Positions 27,928 through 37,877 of a stretch of 64,000 nucleotides of DNA are shown one piece after another. The first letter of the stretch is position 1, and every line of letters starts with the position of its first letter. The notes below the pieces were generated by a model. It ran no database searches, was not told the origin of the DNA, and worked only from the letters and a program-made list of their open reading frames with translations. Source of the stretch: a virus (Duplodnaviria; Heunggongvirae; Uroviricota; Caudoviricetes). The position numbers were made by a program, and so were the translations under genes. The stretch lies in the IMG/VR virus record IMGVR_UViG_3300026484_000600; one strand, 5' to 3'.

Positions 27928-28209
27928 ATGAAATTAAAAGATTTACTAGAGAATACTGGTGTAGAAGTTGAAAATGACTATGAGGGAGTAGAAGAGGTTA
28001 AGGCTGATATAAAAGATAGTTTGACTGAGTATGCTGAAGAATTAGGTATCGAAATTAAAAATTTGAAATTTAAAACTAAAGGTAATACATTAAGATGGAC
28101 ATTTATTCAAGATGGTGAATATAAAGAGGATTCATTATTTGCAGGTGATACAGATTCATCTGAAGGGACAATAACGATTGATTGCATGCCATTCAGATAT
28201 AATGGATAA
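27928..28209 (+). CDS. Hypothetical protein
   Basis: 93 aa, GGAG RBS (AAGGAGAAGAAGAAATG). Confidence 0.5.
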   Translation: MKLKDLLENTGVEVENDYEGVEEVKADIKDSLTEYAEELGIEIKNLKFKTKGNTLRWTFIQDGEYKEDSLFAGDTDSSEGTITIDCMPFRYNG

Positions 28210-28227
28210 AGGTTTTATGCCTTTATC
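28205..28227. terminator. Bidirectional terminator hairpin between convergent genes
   Basis: gataaagg-ttttatg-cctttatc, a perfect 8-bp stem spanning the + gene stop. Confidence 0.5.
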
Positions 28228-29137
28228 CTAATAATATTATTTTATGTTGATAATCTGAAAGATTTTCTTCTTTCATAATGTCAATAAGTTCGTTTACTGT
28301 ATCTGATTTTTCTACTTCAATTCTACATCCCATCAATTCATAACCAAAATCTGTTGCGATATATTCTTCATATTTTTCAAGAGCTTCGATAACTTGACTA
28401 GCTTTGTGTACTGCCGGAACAATAAAACCGTTATCTTTAAGTATCTGATAAGTTTTTGAAGTATTTTGCCATTTACCATCAGTAGTAAGCCATTCATACG
28501 GTATAAATACTAAATTACTATCATCTTTATTATCCGCAAACATTATTGAATTAACGGCTGATGTAACGGTTTGACCTTTATTCTTTTTTGAAGGATCTTT
28601 AAGAGAAACTACACCTCTAACAGCTATATTTTTCTTAACTGAAATTTCTTGGGGAATAGATGATAAGTCCATCATATTAATAATCATTTCTGCATCATCA
28701 CCATCACCTTTATTAAGTACTCTTACGAGTTTCCCTTTTTCATATTCGCAAGAAATCATAGATCCCTCAATAGCTGGTGTTACTACTAATCCACCTAATA
28801 AACCTTCTTGAAGCCCTTCAAAATGGTCGAATACATTATTTACCCAATCAATAAAACCTGATACATCATCCACCGTATTTTCAATATAAAATGGGTGAGA
28901 GTGTTTAAATTTTTGCTGCATAGCGGAATATTTTAGATAATCAATTGGATAATTTAATTCTAAAATTTGTTCTGCTGCTTTAACAATAACGGCTTCCGGT
29001 GAATATTGTTCATTCCAATCCATTAGTTCTGCTAATTTTTCTTTGATATTTTTATTTGACCATTTGAAAAGCTTAATTTCTTCTGTCATATTTAATTTGT
29101 ATTCAAGATTTTTGAATATGTTTTGAATTACTGCCAT
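28223..29137 (-). CDS. Hypothetical protein (contains a KGDGD element; nucleotidyltransferase identity not established)
   Basis: 304-aa ORF. Only a weak KxDG-like motif. No supporting downstream ligase motifs seen. Confidence 0.4.
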   Translation of the reverse strand: MAVIQNIFKNLEYKLNMTEEIKLFKWSNKNIKEKLAELMDWNEQYSPEAVIVKAAEQILELNYPIDYLKYSAMQQKFKHSHPFYIENTVDDVSGFIDWVNNVFDHFEGLQEGLLGGLVVTPAIEGSMISCEYEKGKLVRVLNKGDGDDAEMIINMMDLSSIPQEISVKKNIAVRGVVSLKDPSKKNKGQTVTSAVNSIMFADNKDDSNLVFIPYEWLTTDGKWQNTSKTYQILKDNGFIVPAVHKASQVIEALEKYEEYIATDFGYELMGCRIEVEKSDTVNELIDIMKEENLSDYQHKIILLG

Positions 29138-29173
29138 AGTAAGTCTCCTTTTATAGTATGTTTTTTAATTTAT

Positions 29174-29785
29174 TTATTTAAAATCTAAATAAGATTTTGA
29201 TTTTTGTGGGCCTTTTTGATTTGTATATTTGCCTTGATAGTATTTTTTCATACCAATTAATTTGTTTCTGTCATTTTCATCAACTTGATGAAAATAGACT
29301 TGTCCTATTCTACAATTTGGATATATTTTTGTCTTATGTATTACAGTTATTTCTAACGTCCAATAACTTTTAAAGAAAATATCACCAAAACCGGCTGAAA
29401 CATGAGATTGAATACCTAATCGTGCCATAGAACTACGACCTTCATACATAGGGATATAAAAATCGCTTCCTGCTTTTTCATTTGTACATCCCAAATATAA
29501 TATATTTGGTGAAAGTACTAATCCCTCTTCTGGAATTTCTAATTCGTATATTATATTTTCTTTAGCCATATCGATGATAGGTTCCCGATACCCAAATATT
29601 TTTGCAGGTACAACTGTATATTCTCCATCAATTTTTCTGATTTCACAATGCTCATAAGTAATTAATTTGTTTGCTAATGTTATATCGATAGAATTTGGTC
29701 CTACAAAAGATTCATTAAATGGTTCTATAATGATTTTCCCATTAGATACCTCTTTTATAATTTTACTTCCAAGTAAAACACTCAT
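29174..29785 (-). CDS. dcd: dCTP deaminase / dUTPase-superfamily protein (Dcd-like)
   Basis: IIIEPFNE...PNSIDITLANKLITY and GRSSMARLGIQSHVSAGFGD align with E. coli Dcd (LSINPRP...ATVDVRLGNKFRTF; GRSSLARLGLMVHVTAH). Confidence 0.65.
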   Translation of the reverse strand: MSVLLGSKIIKEVSNGKIIIEPFNESFVGPNSIDITLANKLITYEHCEIRKIDGEYTVVPAKIFGYREPIIDMAKENIIYELEIPEEGLVLSPNILYLGCTNEKAGSDFYIPMYEGRSSMARLGIQSHVSAGFGDIFFKSYWTLEITVIHKTKIYPNCRIGQVYFHQVDENDRNKLIGMKKYYQGKYTNQKGPQKSKSYLDFK

Positions 29786-29787
29786 AG

Positions 29788-30060
29788 TTACAAACCTATT
29801 TTATTAATTATTGGTGCAAGATATTTTGCTATTATTGATTCTGTAAATGGAAATGGAGAGTTATTATCAGAAAGTAATTTATATTGGTCAATTACTTTCA
29901 ATGCTTTTAATCCTGCATTTTTCCCATCGCAAATAGCTGATTGAGTTGTATCATCAATAGTACTTATAATAACTTCATAATCACATTTAGTTGCTAAAAA
30001 ATCCAATGATGAATCATCATCATATTTTGAAATTATCTTGACCATATTTTTATCCTTCAT
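29788..30060 (-). CDS. Hypothetical protein
   Basis: 90-aa ORF. Confidence 0.4.
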   Translation of the reverse strand: MKDKNMVKIISKYDDDSSLDFLATKCDYEVIISTIDDTTQSAICDGKNAGLKALKVIDQYKLLSDNNSPFPFTESIIAKYLAPIINKIGL

Positions 30061-31165
30061 ATGAATTTATTAAATCATCGATTGATGTGCCCAAATCTTT
30101 ATCTTTCTTTTTTTGAGCTGATGCTACTAGTTCATCACAAAGATGACAGTCCCAACATTCAAATTGACAGGTTCTAATATGTTTTCGCCATAATTGTAAC
30201 TTATTTTGGTCAACTTTTAAATCTTCAATTTGCCCTCTAATCGAAATATCATGTAATTCTTCATCGCCGTTAATATAACTTTCAATAAATTTTATAGTAT
30301 CATTTAATAAACCAAAGCCTTCTCTACCATGTGTTTTTATTACATCTACATACTCTAAAAGTCTTTCAAAGTCTTCCCGATATGGTGGTATATTGCCTAT
30401 TTTAAATGAATAAGCTGGGTCTTCTAATCTCCATTTTGGACAACTAACTTCACTAATTTTTTGATAAAAATACGGTTTATCCGTTCCTGGTTGTTTACTA
30501 CCACTAGCATTATTAATTGTATAATGTTCGTTCATTACCGGGCATTTACCTCTACATCCTTCATTAGCAAGTAATGCAATAGGTACATATTTTCCAGTTT
30601 CTTTTTCAAATTTAAGTTGAGCTTTTTTAATTCTCTTTAGCATTTCTTCATCGCGCAAAAGAATTCTATCAATGTTAATATAATCGTATCCTGCTTCACA
30701 TGCAGTCCAAAAGTCTTGAGCTGTTGCTACTCTTTTTAAAACCGTATTTTTTACTTGTAATTCTGGAAATTTTTCTTTAAATACACCAGTCATCATCCAA
30801 TGATTATGGGGTTGTGTCATGCTTCTCAGACCAGCATCATATAAAAATTGTAAGTTAGAACAAAAGATTTCTAAATTTTCAGCAGTAGGCGGTACATTTA
30901 CATTATTAAAAGTAGCAGAAACTCTAACTCCAGTCGCTTGTTCTAAGGCTAAAGCATTATTAAACATTTGAACTAATGCATCATTATCAAAATTTGCTCC
31001 CATCGCATCTTGCATGAATGGTGGAATTCTACTTGTAAAATAAACATCATAAATCCAATCAGCATTCTTTTTTAAGAATGGTACAAAAATATTTTCAAAG
31101 TCTTCTTTTGAAGTGTATGGGTTAAGTGGGATAGAAAAAATTTTTTTCTTTTTTGGTATTGCCAA
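30050..31165 (-). CDS. Cys-rich protein with a peptidase U32-like N-terminal region (RlhA/TrhP-like RNA hydroxylation family candidate)
   Basis: The N-terminal pattern (SIPLNP...NADWIYDVY...RVSATFNNVNVP...KEKFPELQVKNTV) parallels the U32/YhbU ELLSPAG...GADAVY...KFYVVVN...REHFPEMPIHLSVQANAVN. There are multiple Cys clusters (CRGKCPV, CQFECWDCHLC), but the canonical U32 Cys signature is not exact. Confidence 0.35.
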   Translation of the reverse strand: MAIPKKKKIFSIPLNPYTSKEDFENIFVPFLKKNADWIYDVYFTSRIPPFMQDAMGANFDNDALVQMFNNALALEQATGVRVSATFNNVNVPPTAENLEIFCSNLQFLYDAGLRSMTQPHNHWMMTGVFKEKFPELQVKNTVLKRVATAQDFWTACEAGYDYINIDRILLRDEEMLKRIKKAQLKFEKETGKYVPIALLANEGCRGKCPVMNEHYTINNASGSKQPGTDKPYFYQKISEVSCPKWRLEDPAYSFKIGNIPPYREDFERLLEYVDVIKTHGREGFGLLNDTIKFIESYINGDEELHDISIRGQIEDLKVDQNKLQLWRKHIRTCQFECWDCHLCDELVASAQKKKDKDLGTSIDDLINSYEG

Positions 31166-31204
31166 AATATACTCCTTATTTGTTTCTCTTTATTATACAA
31201 TTTT

Positions 31205-31399
31205 TTACGTTAAATATTGTCTAATTTGAGAAGCAGACCATTGAGGAATTTCGCTATAACCAATTTTAATCATTTCTTCAAATTCATTTTCTAATTTAAA
31301 AATTTTATAAATATTCTTGAGTTTCTGTTTGTTGATTTCTACTTCAATACCGCAAGGAAATGTTAAAATATTATTTTTGTATGTGAATTGTTTTTTCAT
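31205..31399 (-). CDS. Hypothetical protein
   Basis: 64-aa ORF. Confidence 0.3.
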   Translation of the reverse strand: MKKQFTYKNNILTFPCGIEVEINKQKLKNIYKIFKLENEFEEMIKIGYSEIPQWSASQIRQYLT

Positions 31400-31508
31400 T
31401 CTATATGTCCATATTTTTAATTTATTTATATAGAATTATTAGGGTGTATAAAGATAAAAAGAGAGAGGATTTATCTAGGTTAAAAACCTAGATATTTAGT
31501 TATAAGGA

Positions 31509-32471
31509 TTATTTCATATCCATAATAAATTGTGATTTTTCTCCACCAACATAAGTAGGTACCGATCCATTCCATTTTTCAACAGTTTGAATTTTGATAA
31601 CCTTGTCAGTTAATGATGAACTAAGTAATTTGTTTGCTTTTGATTGTGCGTTTGCTTCAACCAAAATAGCATCAGCTCTACCTTGAGCAGCAATTTTAAC
31701 TGCATTAGCTTCACCGTGTGCTTTAGCTTCTCTTGCTTTGGCTTCGTTTTGTGCTTTCTTAATCAGCTCTTCCGATTTTAGAGCATCTTGTTTGGCTGCC
31801 TGCACTTCCAACATTTTATTAGCAATTTCCTTTGGTACTATAATATCTTTAAGATTGATATTTACCAATTTAAAATAAGGATTTTTAGAGTAACTTTCAT
31901 TAAGTTTTTCTGTAAGATATTTTTCCACTTCTGGTCTTTTATCCATAATGGTGTCAACACTAAATCTCGAAATTGTAGCCTGAACTGCTTCTCTGTTTAC
32001 CTGCTTAACTTTCTTATAAAAAGCATTTTCAAAATCACCATCATTTTTGTACATTTCAGCTAATTGGTCTGCTACAGGTTTTACCTCAATGCTCAATGCT
32101 AACTTAATTGGAATACCTTTTTTATCTAAGCCCTGCAATACTGGCTCAAAAATAAGTAATTCAGAATCCTCTTTATTTGCTTCTGTTCTTGAATAATTGA
32201 TAAGCTTTGGACGAATTGTGTCTATCTCAATACTCTGATAGATTGGTATAAAGAAATGATAACCGGGTTGTATTTCCGTCATATCATATTTTGTACCTGT
32301 CTTCATAACGCCCCGTTCACCGTCATTTACGATTGCAAATCCAGTTTTTGTGACTGCCATAAATCCTAAGATTATAACAAGTCCAATACCAATAACTACT
32401 GTCCAACCAGCCGTCTTCATAAGCTTTTCCATTTTAACTCCTAAATTTTTATTAGGATTTATTATACACAA
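31509..32471 (-). CDS. SPFH/band-7 (HflC/stomatin-like) membrane protein
   Basis: N-terminal TM helix, then the SPFH core (GERGVMKTGTKYDMTEIQPGYHFFIPIYQSIEIDTIRP) and a coiled-coil Ala/Lys/Glu-rich tail. Confidence 0.6.
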   Translation of the reverse strand: MCIINPNKNLGVKMEKLMKTAGWTVVIGIGLVIILGFMAVTKTGFAIVNDGERGVMKTGTKYDMTEIQPGYHFFIPIYQSIEIDTIRPKLINYSRTEANKEDSELLIFEPVLQGLDKKGIPIKLALSIEVKPVADQLAEMYKNDGDFENAFYKKVKQVNREAVQATISRFSVDTIMDKRPEVEKYLTEKLNESYSKNPYFKLVNINLKDIIVPKEIANKMLEVQAAKQDALKSEELIKKAQNEAKAREAKAHGEANAVKIAAQGRADAILVEANAQSKANKLLSSSLTDKVIKIQTVEKWNGSVPTYVGGEKSQFIMDMK

Positions 32472-32489
32472 AAAAAACTTATAATCAAC

Positions 32490-34667
32490 TTAAATATTAT
32501 TTTTTATGAATTTTTTAAGATTATCTAATGTTAAGGGTTTTGAAAAATAATAACCTTGATAAAAATCACAACCTAATCTATCAAGAATTTCTTTTTGTTT
32601 TGAATTTTCAATTCCTTCCGCTATAATAATAGTGTTGAAAATTTTACTCATTTTAATAATTACTTCAGCCATACTTTTAGAGATATTATCATGTACAATA
32701 TCATCAACAAATGCTTTATCAATCTTTATTTCATCAATAGTTAAATTTTTAACAGATGATAATGATGAGTATCCTGTTCCGAAATCATCAATAGATATTT
32801 TCACTCCTAATTGATGTAACCCATCTATTATTTGTTCCATATGAGTTAAATCCAAAATAAATAGATTTTCGGTTACTTCTAATGTAATATTATGTGGGTT
32901 AATATTAAATTGATTCATTTTATTTTTAATTTTTTGGACAAAACCATCTTCCATAAATTGTTTGATTGAAATATTGATTGAAATATTAAAATCCTTTGGA
33001 ACTATTTTTTTAAATTTATTAATATCATTAAATACATAATCTAAAATATAATCACCCAAAATAATTATATTTTCATTCTTTTCAGCAATTTTAATAAATG
33101 TTTCAGGACTTATTTGACCTAATTTTGAATTGTTCCATCGAACTAATGCTTCTACACCCACTATTTTATTTTTAGTATTTAGTTGTGGTTGATACACCAT
33201 GAATATCTCTTTTAAAATAATACCTTCCAATAATTTATTTTCTATTAAATGTTCTTCTTTAAAGGTTTCTTCTATATTTTTATCATAGAATACAATAGTA
33301 TTTTGTTTTTCTTTTGCTTTATATAAAGCTAAATCAGCTTTATATTTTACACTATGAAGATCTTCAAATCCCTCACATTGTGCAATACCAATACTCATAG
33401 TAGTTTTATGTTCATATTTGAATTTATCATTAGTTATATTTAATAAACTTTTAGCAAAACTTATCACCTTTTCTTTGTTCATTTCTCTAGTAATAATTAT
33501 AAATTCATCTCCACTAAAACGTATCAGCAAATCATCAGAAGAAATATTTTTTTTAAGTTCTGTTGCTATGGAAATCAAGAAATTATCACCGTAATTGTGT
33601 CCAAAGTTATCATTTATAAATTTAAAATTATCTAAATCTAAAAACAACATACTATAATGTTTATAATTGACTATTTTTTTATTTAGGTAATATCTATTTC
33701 CAACGTGTGTTAATGGATCATGAATAGAAATATATTCTAATTCATTTTTTCGTTCATTATTAATTTTATTAATAATGAACATCATTATAATAAAACTTAT
33801 ATTAAAAGCAAACCAAATAGATACTGCATTTATTAACCAATCATTTTTTAAAGAATCTATAATTTTTGAAGGGAACCCTATAACGAGCCATAGATCATAT
33901 CTTTCAATAAATTTTACACCGACCTTATATTTTGTATTATTTAATGATGTAGTGGTTAATGATATTTGATTTGTTTTTTTAAATAAATTATGTACATCGA
34001 TTTTTATAATAGAATCTATTTTAAAATCATTAATATTTGAATATTGAATTCTAGAGGAATTATTTTTAATTAATAAAATTATAGAATCATTGTGTATTTT
34101 ATTTGTAAATAAATTAGAAAATGACTTATTTATATTAATATCTACTGCAAGTACACCATACACTTTTGAATTTTTCCTAATACTTTTTCTTATTGGGATT
34201 ATTAGTTGGTTTGTTGGTCTAAATAAATATGAACGTCCTAAAATTGATGACTTGCATTTTAACGTTTTAAGAAATGACTCTTTAGTTTTTGGATTGGAGA
34301 TAAAATTAGGTATCTTTTTTACATCAACATTCGACGAATTTATTAATATGTCTCCATCGGGCGATATAAAACCATACCCTACTGCATCAGGTTCCAATTC
34401 TAACGCCATATTCAAATATTTTTGCTTATTGGGATAGGTTAAAATATTATTTCCTAACATTGTAAGTATGTTATTATATTTGTTAAATACATCTTCGGAT
34501 GCAATAGACAAAATACTTAGTTCGTGAAGAATCTTATTATCAATTTCATCCATAATATCTTTATTATTTGATTTATAACTAAAATAAAATATAATAGAAG
34601 TAGATATAATAACAAAAGCGATAACTAATAAACTTCCTAATTTTTCTAAAAAATATTTAATATTCAT
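32490..34667 (-). CDS. Membrane sensor protein with GGDEF (degenerate SGDEF) and EAL domains (c-di-GMP phosphodiesterase, possibly also cyclase)
   Basis: N-terminal TM, a periplasmic-like region and a second TM. The GGDEF region carries LFLDLDNFKFINDNFGH and RFSGDEFIII. The EAL domain carries YQPQ, EALVRW, DDFGTGYSSL and KIDKAFV signatures. Confidence 0.75.
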   Translation of the reverse strand: MNIKYFLEKLGSLLVIAFVIISTSIIFYFSYKSNNKDIMDEIDNKILHELSILSIASEDVFNKYNNILTMLGNNILTYPNKQKYLNMALELEPDAVGYGFISPDGDILINSSNVDVKKIPNFISNPKTKESFLKTLKCKSSILGRSYLFRPTNQLIIPIRKSIRKNSKVYGVLAVDININKSFSNLFTNKIHNDSIILLIKNNSSRIQYSNINDFKIDSIIKIDVHNLFKKTNQISLTTTSLNNTKYKVGVKFIERYDLWLVIGFPSKIIDSLKNDWLINAVSIWFAFNISFIIMMFIINKINNERKNELEYISIHDPLTHVGNRYYLNKKIVNYKHYSMLFLDLDNFKFINDNFGHNYGDNFLISIATELKKNISSDDLLIRFSGDEFIIITREMNKEKVISFAKSLLNITNDKFKYEHKTTMSIGIAQCEGFEDLHSVKYKADLALYKAKEKQNTIVFYDKNIEETFKEEHLIENKLLEGIILKEIFMVYQPQLNTKNKIVGVEALVRWNNSKLGQISPETFIKIAEKNENIIILGDYILDYVFNDINKFKKIVPKDFNISINISIKQFMEDGFVQKIKNKMNQFNINPHNITLEVTENLFILDLTHMEQIIDGLHQLGVKISIDDFGTGYSSLSSVKNLTIDEIKIDKAFVDDIVHDNISKSMAEVIIKMSKIFNTIIIAEGIENSKQKEILDRLGCDFYQGYYFSKPLTLDNLKKFIKNNI

Positions 34668-34704
34668 ATTTAATTAAGCCCACTTTTTAAAATATTTATA
34701 GTTA

Positions 34705-35223
34705 TTAAATAAATAATTGGGGGTTTACAAATGAAAAATTTTTAGTATTTAGTTGCATAATTTTATCGTCATATTCAAATAAAAATTCTTGTGGGTTTTT
34801 AATATAATACCAAATCCCCAACCAATAAATATCATTTAAAATTTGTGTTTGGAATTGTTCAATATAGGTACTACCATATTTATTAGATTGTCGTAATTTA
34901 CTAAAATATATAGCAGCTTTAAATTCTATATAATTTTTTGGGCGAATCTGATTTATCATTTCAACTGCAGACATTACTTCTTCATCAAAGTCTTCTGAAG
35001 TTAAGTGATTATTTTTTATAAGTGTCCATAAAATAAATCCAAGATCATTTTTTAGTGATTTAATATTTGATTCTTTAATGTCAAACCCAAATTTCATGGG
35101 CATTTTGAATTCTTGACCTATTAAATATTCAAATCCTTGTATATTTTTTAATTGATTTAACTCATTTTTGGTTTTTTTCAGTTCATGTTCTAATAGCTGA
35201 TATTCAAATTTACTCACACTCAT
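34705..35223 (-). CDS. Hypothetical protein
   Basis: 172-aa ORF overlapping the SAH gene by 14 nt. Confidence 0.4.
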   Translation of the reverse strand: MSVSKFEYQLLEHELKKTKNELNQLKNIQGFEYLIGQEFKMPMKFGFDIKESNIKSLKNDLGFILWTLIKNNHLTSEDFDEEVMSAVEMINQIRPKNYIEFKAAIYFSKLRQSNKYGSTYIEQFQTQILNDIYWLGIWYYIKNPQEFLFEYDDKIMQLNTKNFSFVNPQLFI

Positions 35224-35734
35224 TTTTTTGAAACTCCATACATGCGTTTTCTATCTCATTTATAATTTTTAATTGTCGTTCGGTTATATCGGGGCGATTT
35301 TTTTTAAGAAAATCCATCATATTTAATGTTTTTTTAACATATGATATCCCTGGTTTATCTAAAATATTTGAAAGTCGATCTATTAATTTTATTATAAAAG
35401 CATATTTAGACATTTTAATCATTTTTTGTTTTAAGTATTCATTCTTACCCAATTGTTTGATTGCTATAGGATCTGATGTTAATTCCACAACTATTGATGC
35501 TACTAAGGGACCAAATTCTCGTTCTAATTCAGAATATGTACACTCCGTATCTTCTAAAACATCATGTAGTAAACCAGCACATTGTAATTCATCTAACTTT
35601 TTAGAACCATTTTTATATTTAGCAATAAGTTGAGATACGATAATTGGGTGTGTTACGTAGGGTAATCCAGAACCTCTCCGTTCTTGACCTTTGTGCTTTT
35701 CAGCTGCAAATTGTATGGCTTTAATAACTAACAT
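35210..35734 (-). CDS. Small alarmone hydrolase (RelA/SpoT-type HD-domain (p)ppGpp hydrolase)
   Basis: AIQFAAEKHKGQERRGSGLPYVTHPIIVSQLI...AGLLHDVLEDT aligns with the SpoT hydrolase-domain core (AHEGQTRSSGEPYITHP...AALLHDVIEDT). 174 aa, hydrolase-only. Confidence 0.7.
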   Translation of the reverse strand: MLVIKAIQFAAEKHKGQERRGSGLPYVTHPIIVSQLIAKYKNGSKKLDELQCAGLLHDVLEDTECTYSELEREFGPLVASIVVELTSDPIAIKQLGKNEYLKQKMIKMSKYAFIIKLIDRLSNILDKPGISYVKKTLNMMDFLKKNRPDITERQLKIINEIENACMEFQKNECE

Positions 35735-35785
35735 ACTCTGCTCCTTGTATTATATTTAAAAATAATATCCAAAATATACTTAAAA

Positions 35786-35974
35786 TCATATTAATTTTTC
35801 TATCTGATCAACCCAACAATAATTTTCCCAGCATGCGAAGTCTGGTTCTTCATAATTAACATAATCTTTCCAAAAACGTTGATAAACTTTTTGTATTCCC
35901 CATTTCTTAATACCAAAGAATGTTTTTGGAAAGATAAATAATCTAGTTTTTAATCTAAAAGTTCCATTTTTCAT
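35786..35974 (-). CDS. Hypothetical protein
   Basis: 62-aa ORF, downstream of an extended -10-like motif. Confidence 0.3.
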   Translation of the reverse strand: MKNGTFRLKTRLFIFPKTFFGIKKWGIQKVYQRFWKDYVNYEEPDFACWENYCWVDQIEKLI

Positions 35975-36129
35975 TTAAATAAATAACTCAGGATTACTAT
36001 TTAATAAGTGTTCTTCAAAACGTTTAAGTAATTTATTATTCATAATTTTATTATACAATTAACTAAATTAATAAAAAATACCTTTTTATACTATAAATAA
36101 TATAGTAATAAAGAAGATAGGAAATAATT

Positions 36130-37866
36130 ATGAAAATAAAAGATATATTGGATATATTTTATCCTAATGGACTTGATAGACCCTATAACAAGAATGTATT
36201 GAGAAAACAACCAGAATTAAAACAAATATTAATTAAGAAAACTGATTTTTTAAAAAAGGAAGCGACTATTTCAGAACGTCTTTATGTTTTAAGACATAAT
36301 ATTTGTGTATCGCCAATATGTCTTGAGTGTGGATCACCAGTAAAATTCAAAAGTCCTAAAGAAGGTTATGCAAAATTCTGTTCTAAGAAATGTACTTCAA
36401 AATCATCAATAACTAAAATAAAAAGAAATAATACGTTTAACGAAAAATATGGTGGTATTGGTTTTGGGTCAAAAGAAATTTTAGATAAAGTATATGAAAC
36501 CAATTTAGATAGATTTGGGACATCTATTCCACAACAAACAAATATAATAAAAGATAAAATTAAAAATTCCTGGAAGGATTTAGATAAAGAAATTATTTTA
36601 AAAAAGAGAAGAGAAACTAACTTAGAAAAATACGGGACAGAATATCATCAACAGAATAGTGACCAAAAAGAAAAATTACTTAAATCAATGATTAAAAATA
36701 ATGGTGGTATTGGTCTTTCTTCAGATAAAATCAAATCTAAAGTTAAAGCGACAATGCAAAAAAAATATGGTGTAGACAATCCCATGCAGTCGGATAAAAT
36801 CAAATCTAAAGTTAAAGCGACAATGCAAAAAAAATATGGTGTGGATAATTACAAAGAATTAGATAATGATGCATGGAATAATTTTAAAAAATATTTTGAT
36901 CCAGAAACATTTCAATTAGACTTATCTTTGCAAGAAATGGAAGAAAAATATCAAGTGCGATATTACACCATATCTAATTTTTTGCAGAAGTATGGTTTTG
37001 AATTTTCAAAAATATCATCATATGAACAATCATTACGTAATATATTACCTGATGATTTTGAATTTAATAACCGAACAATTTTAGATGGTAGAGAACTAGA
37101 TTTTTATTCAAAAAGTCGAAATTTAGCTATTGAATTTAACGGACTTTTATATCATTCTGAAAAATATGGAAAAGACAAGAATTATCATAAATCAAAGACG
37201 GATGGATGTATATCTAAGGATATATCATTGATACACATATTTGAAAATGAATGGTTGTTTAAACGTAATATCGTAGAATCTATAATTAATACCAAGTTGA
37301 ATAATTTTTCTCATAGAATTTATGCTAGAAAATGTCAAATTAAAGAACTCGATACCAAGATTAAAAATGATTTTTTAGAAGAAAATCATATTCAAGGAAA
37401 AGATAGCTCCAAAGTAAAATTAGGATTATTTTATGAGGGTGATTTAGTACAAGTTATGACATTTGGTCATTCTCGATTTAATAAAAAATATCAATATGAA
37501 ATGCATAGATCTTGTTCAAGAATTGGTTATCAAATAATCGGCGGATTAAATAAATTGTGGTCATACTTCATTAAAAATTATAAACCTAAATCTGTTGTTA
37601 CGTATGCTGATAGAAGATATTTTGATGGGAGGAGTTATTTAAAATTAGGGTTTAATTTTTCTCATACCTCACCATCTAATTTTTGGATATTTGGTCCTGG
37701 TATAAAAGGTGTTGATTCAAGATTAAATTGGCAAAAACACAAGCAGAAAGATAAATTAAAAAAGTTTGACCCAACTTTAACAGCATGGGAAAATATGATT
37801 GATAATGGTTATAATAGAATATGGGATAGTGGGAATAATGTATATATTTGGAAAGCGGAAGAGTAA
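36130..37866 (+). CDS. Putative free-standing homing-endonuclease-like protein (Zn-ribbon, tandem KYG repeats, C-terminal Vsr/DUF559-like PD-(D/E)XK domain)
   Basis: N-terminal CLECGSPVKF...FCSKKC. Repeated KYGG/KYGV modules, including an exact 23-aa duplication. A C-terminal RELDFYSKSRNLAIEFNGLLYHSE motif (the DF...AIEFNG..H endonuclease signature). Convergent with and abutting the intein-bearing gp41 gene. Confidence 0.45.
   Translation: MKIKDILDIFYPNGLDRPYNKNVLRKQPELKQILIKKTDFLKKEATISERLYVLRHNICVSPICLECGSPVKFKSPKEGYAKFCSKKCTSKSSITKIKRNNTFNEKYGGIGFGSKEILDKVYETNLDRFGTSIPQQTNIIKDKIKNSWKDLDKEIILKKRRETNLEKYGTEYHQQNSDQKEKLLKSMIKNNGGIGLSSDKIKSKVKATMQKKYGVDNPMQSDKIKSKVKATMQKKYGVDNYKELDNDAWNNFKKYFDPETFQLDLSLQEMEEKYQVRYYTISNFLQKYGFEFSKISSYEQSLRNILPDDFEFNNRTILDGRELDFYSKSRNLAIEFNGLLYHSEKYGKDKNYHKSKTDGCISKDISLIHIFENEWLFKRNIVESIINTKLNNFSHRIYARKCQIKELDTKIKNDFLEENHIQGKDSSKVKLGLFYEGDLVQVMTFGHSRFNKKYQYEMHRSCSRIGYQIIGGLNKLWSYFIKNYKPKSVVTYADRRYFDGRSYLKLGFNFSHTSPSNFWIFGPGIKGVDSRLNWQKHKQKDKLKKFDPTLTAWENMIDNGYNRIWDSGNNVYIWKAEE
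36721..36858. repeat. 69-nt direct tandem repeat (2 copies) inside the homing-endonuclease-like gene
   Basis: gataaaatcaaatctaaagttaaagcgacaatgcaaaaaaaatatggtgt occurs twice with a 69-nt period. It encodes SDKIKSKVKATMQKKYGVDN twice. Confidence 0.75.
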
Positions 37867-37877
37867 TCTACTCTTCC
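37857..37877. terminator. Perfect 9-bp hairpin spanning both stop codons of convergent genes
   Basis: ggaagagta-atc-tactcttcc. The + gene stop TAA and the - gene stop (CTA on +) both lie inside the stem. Confidence 0.4.

Noticed and set aside
28223-29137. KGDGD element suggested a nucleotidyltransferase (ligase) motif I
   Set aside because: No motif III/IV/V counterparts lie at the expected spacing, so it is left as hypothetical.
30050-31165. Considered calling this Cys-rich protein a radical SAM enzyme
   Set aside because: No CxxxCxxC motif is present. The N-terminal pattern is closer to the peptidase U32 family, so it is reported only as a low-confidence U32-like candidate.
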